Below, piece by piece: positions 61,610 through 64,000 of a stretch of 64,000 bases of DNA. A model generated the notes under the pieces. It worked only from the letters and a program-made list of their open reading frames with translations. It did no database searches and was not told the origin of the DNA. Location of the stretch: contig JALDZX010000006.1 in the NCBI GenBank assembly GCA_022813865.1, positions 1-64,000 of the forward strand, given 5' to 3'. This DNA comes from Xylographa opegraphella. Lineage: Eukaryota. Numbering within the stretch: the first letter of the stretch is position 1; each line of letters opens with the position of its first letter. The translations under genes were made by a program, and so were the position numbers.

Positions 61610-64000
61610 CACGGGTCACGATTGAGATCTGTGCCCATAACTTTCCCAGGAATCTTACTTGAGCAAAGTGTGCTGGTTAAGCAGTTGTTAACGTAACGCG
61701 ATGAATGCTAGCGATATTCTTGAGGCATAGAGCCGGAGATGGATGAAAAGGACCAGACGCGTAGACCTCTCTTCTGGAAGCCACGCCCCTGCTTGACGAT
61801 TCAGCCGAAGTTTGAGCATATCCAAAGCTTGGTCGTTCTCTTGGTCGAGATCTGGGGAAGGCGTGACATGGGCGCGTACTGTGACATCGCTCGAGCAAGG
61901 TATCCCTGTAGGATATAGCTCCTTGCATGTCTGGGGCTGAAAGGGATTCCGACGTCTAAATCAACGACATCGGATCCTTCTGGCATATATCCAGGCAATT
62001 TCAACAGTAGAATATCACTCGTATCCTACTGCATCTTGGAGCAAGCCTTCCGATGTTGCATAGTATCTTGACGTGGACCGCATGTACTAGGTCAATGACA
62101 AGATCGTAGCAGCAATATCAGTATAAACACCAAAGGCGGCAATCATCTGGGATTGAGGTTTCTGTTCCGGCCCAGGATTCGAAGTATTCAGCAACAACCA
62201 GACTTTGGCGGGCGGTCTCGCTGCATAGGACCTTGGAAAGGCGTGGCTACATTTCACTGAATTGGAATTCTGCTTAGCAATCCGTATTAGAGAAGGCTTT
62301 AGAATAATGGTGGTATGTGTGATTCTCTCGTCAGTCGTTGCGGCTCTAGTGCCGGATAGTCCGATTTGCACGTTCGTTATATCTTTGTAAGAGAGTTCAG
62401 TGTATTAGCAATGAAGGTTCAAAACGGCTACGAATACGATCTCCTCTTTGGCTTCGTTGGAGTCGGTCTTATGAGAATGATCCTACGAATTGTCCTTATC
62501 AAGGGTGGCACAGCAGACTCATCATCACGAAAACCAAATAGCATGAGCAAAGTTAGTAGAGTAATGTCTTTCAAAGATGTTGCCGATATCTACTATGCTA
62601 TTCCCGAATACAAATTCAAAATTAAAGTGGCCAAAAAGGGCAGGAGTTTTGTTACTATTCCTTCTTTCCTTTGAGTTGAGTGTTTTCCGTATTCAAGTCG
62701 AATATATCCTTTTCCAGCTTGGTCACTTCTTCCTTCAACTCAGCATACTTTCTCGTTGCTTGAAGATACATCTCATTTGAAATGTATGATGTCTATGGCG
62801 AGATACTCCAGCTTTGATTCCTGGCAGCCTTTCATCGCATTCTTTCCATATGCTACTCGCGATGAAACTGTGATCTACATTTGCGGTGGCTGAGTTTGTG
62901 CTGGATGTCTATCCAATAGTACAAAGCTTATTCCGGTGATTAGACATGACTACTCGGGCGAGGGAATCCGAAGCAAGTCTTCTGCTGCAGTACTGAGCGA
63001 CGCAAGCCTAGAGTTTGCAAGATGTCCACATGCATAGGTCTACGCCGCCGGGAATTGGGATACTCGTTCTGTCTCTTCGACCTTCTGATTCAACTGCTTA
63101 GAATCCCATTCAAATATCGCGAGGCTCAAGTAGTCAGTTGCTGGTATCGGTGGTACAAGATAAACATCCGGGCACTCCTCATCAGTGATCGATGTCTGTT
63201 TATTGATTTCAATAATGTCCCGCAAATTTATATGCTCTCTGGACTGGGACGAATCGTTCGCAACTTTACTCTACGCACTTTCCGAGCCAAATCTGGCCAC
63301 AGTGCCACTACCAGATACCGATAAGCTTTGACAATCTGCAAAGGTTGCAGTTGCAACTTAGGATTATGCCGTGGACATGGATGCCTTGAGCTTTGATTAT
63401 GGCGATCAAACCATCTCGACTCGGAAGCAAGCCAACTCTGGAGGAACTAGACGCCTCAAACTAAATCTTCAGATCATGGTAGAAGACTGTGGCAGACGGT
63501 AATTCCGACTGCGAACGATACTTAGGTTTTGAAGCTCGGTTTCTTTTGAGTCTGGAGTCCACTTACCGGACGGAATTTCGCCTCGAGGACATTCGAGGCT
63601 TGACGCGACCTTCCCAGGAACGGTTTCCATGACTTCTGCAGGAGTGCTAAAGAAAGTGGCTTCGTTCTTCTGACCGAAGCTCCGTACCCCCTTAAAGCGT
63701 GCTCTTGGAAAGTAGCATTCTCGGCGACGCCCATCTCCGCTTTCCGTATCTAGACGAGATCCTCGAAGCTCAATTGTTGTTCCATGTTCTACTACTGACA
63801 AGGAAGCTGACAACTTCAAGGTACTAGTTTGTGGGTGTGAAACATAGTGAAAGTGGTCGGTTGGGATGTAGGAACGACCTCAGATGATGACAGTCTGGAA
63901 ATCGAGGAAATAACAAAAACTACGGATAAACACTATATTCAAGACAGACACTCATTTGTAAATTCAGGACCATGATATGTGAATTTTTCGTGTAGGATGA

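Noticed and set aside
62000..64000. Short minus-strand ORFs (63469-63819, 63040-63225) as a gene
   Set aside because: Interrupted by multiple stops, no recognisable family or convincing splice model; may be a decayed gene extending beyond the window.
1..64000. tRNA, rRNA, snoRNA or riboswitch genes
   Set aside because: No convincing cloverleaf, box C/D pair or TPP aptamer seen by eye; tRNAscan-SE and Infernal would be needed to exclude them.

Overview
Intron-containing genomic DNA of a filamentous ascomycete (Pezizomycotina), inferred from short GT-AG introns with CTRAY branch points, fungal-specific families and RIP-like C->T damage. The first ~5.7 kb is a decayed accessory block. It holds a pogo/Fot1-type DDE transposase pseudogene, a HET-S-like HeLo + prion-forming-domain gene and, head-to-head with it, an NB-ARC/TPR NLR whose short first exon encodes a matching HET-s-type amyloid seed motif. 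Neither amyloid motif appears in the ORF track. A putative inverted pogo 5' end closes the block. The rest is mostly conserved genes: two SDRs, four MFS transporters, DPH2, ADE1, ppc89-like, TFB3, URI/Bud27-like, hexose-6-P mutarotase, RIF1, RIC8, a TLC protein, CYP505, ALDH, RSA4, DUF1275 and a CAP/PR-1 protein, plus a few pseudogene remnants. The strongest unexplained signal is three copies of a ~55-nt bulged RNA hairpin 190-540 nt downstream of the ppc89-like stop codon. The copies share a near-invariant core, two have UNCG tetraloops, and their differences preserve pairing. Other observations: six ACCTCGG (FarA-type) sites upstream of CYP505, MCB and PacC-type motif clusters between RIF1 and RIC8, a GC-AG intron in RIC8, and sharp GC-rich islands at several gene 3' ends. 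All calls were made by eye without database searches. Multi-exon coordinates run from start codon to stop codon.
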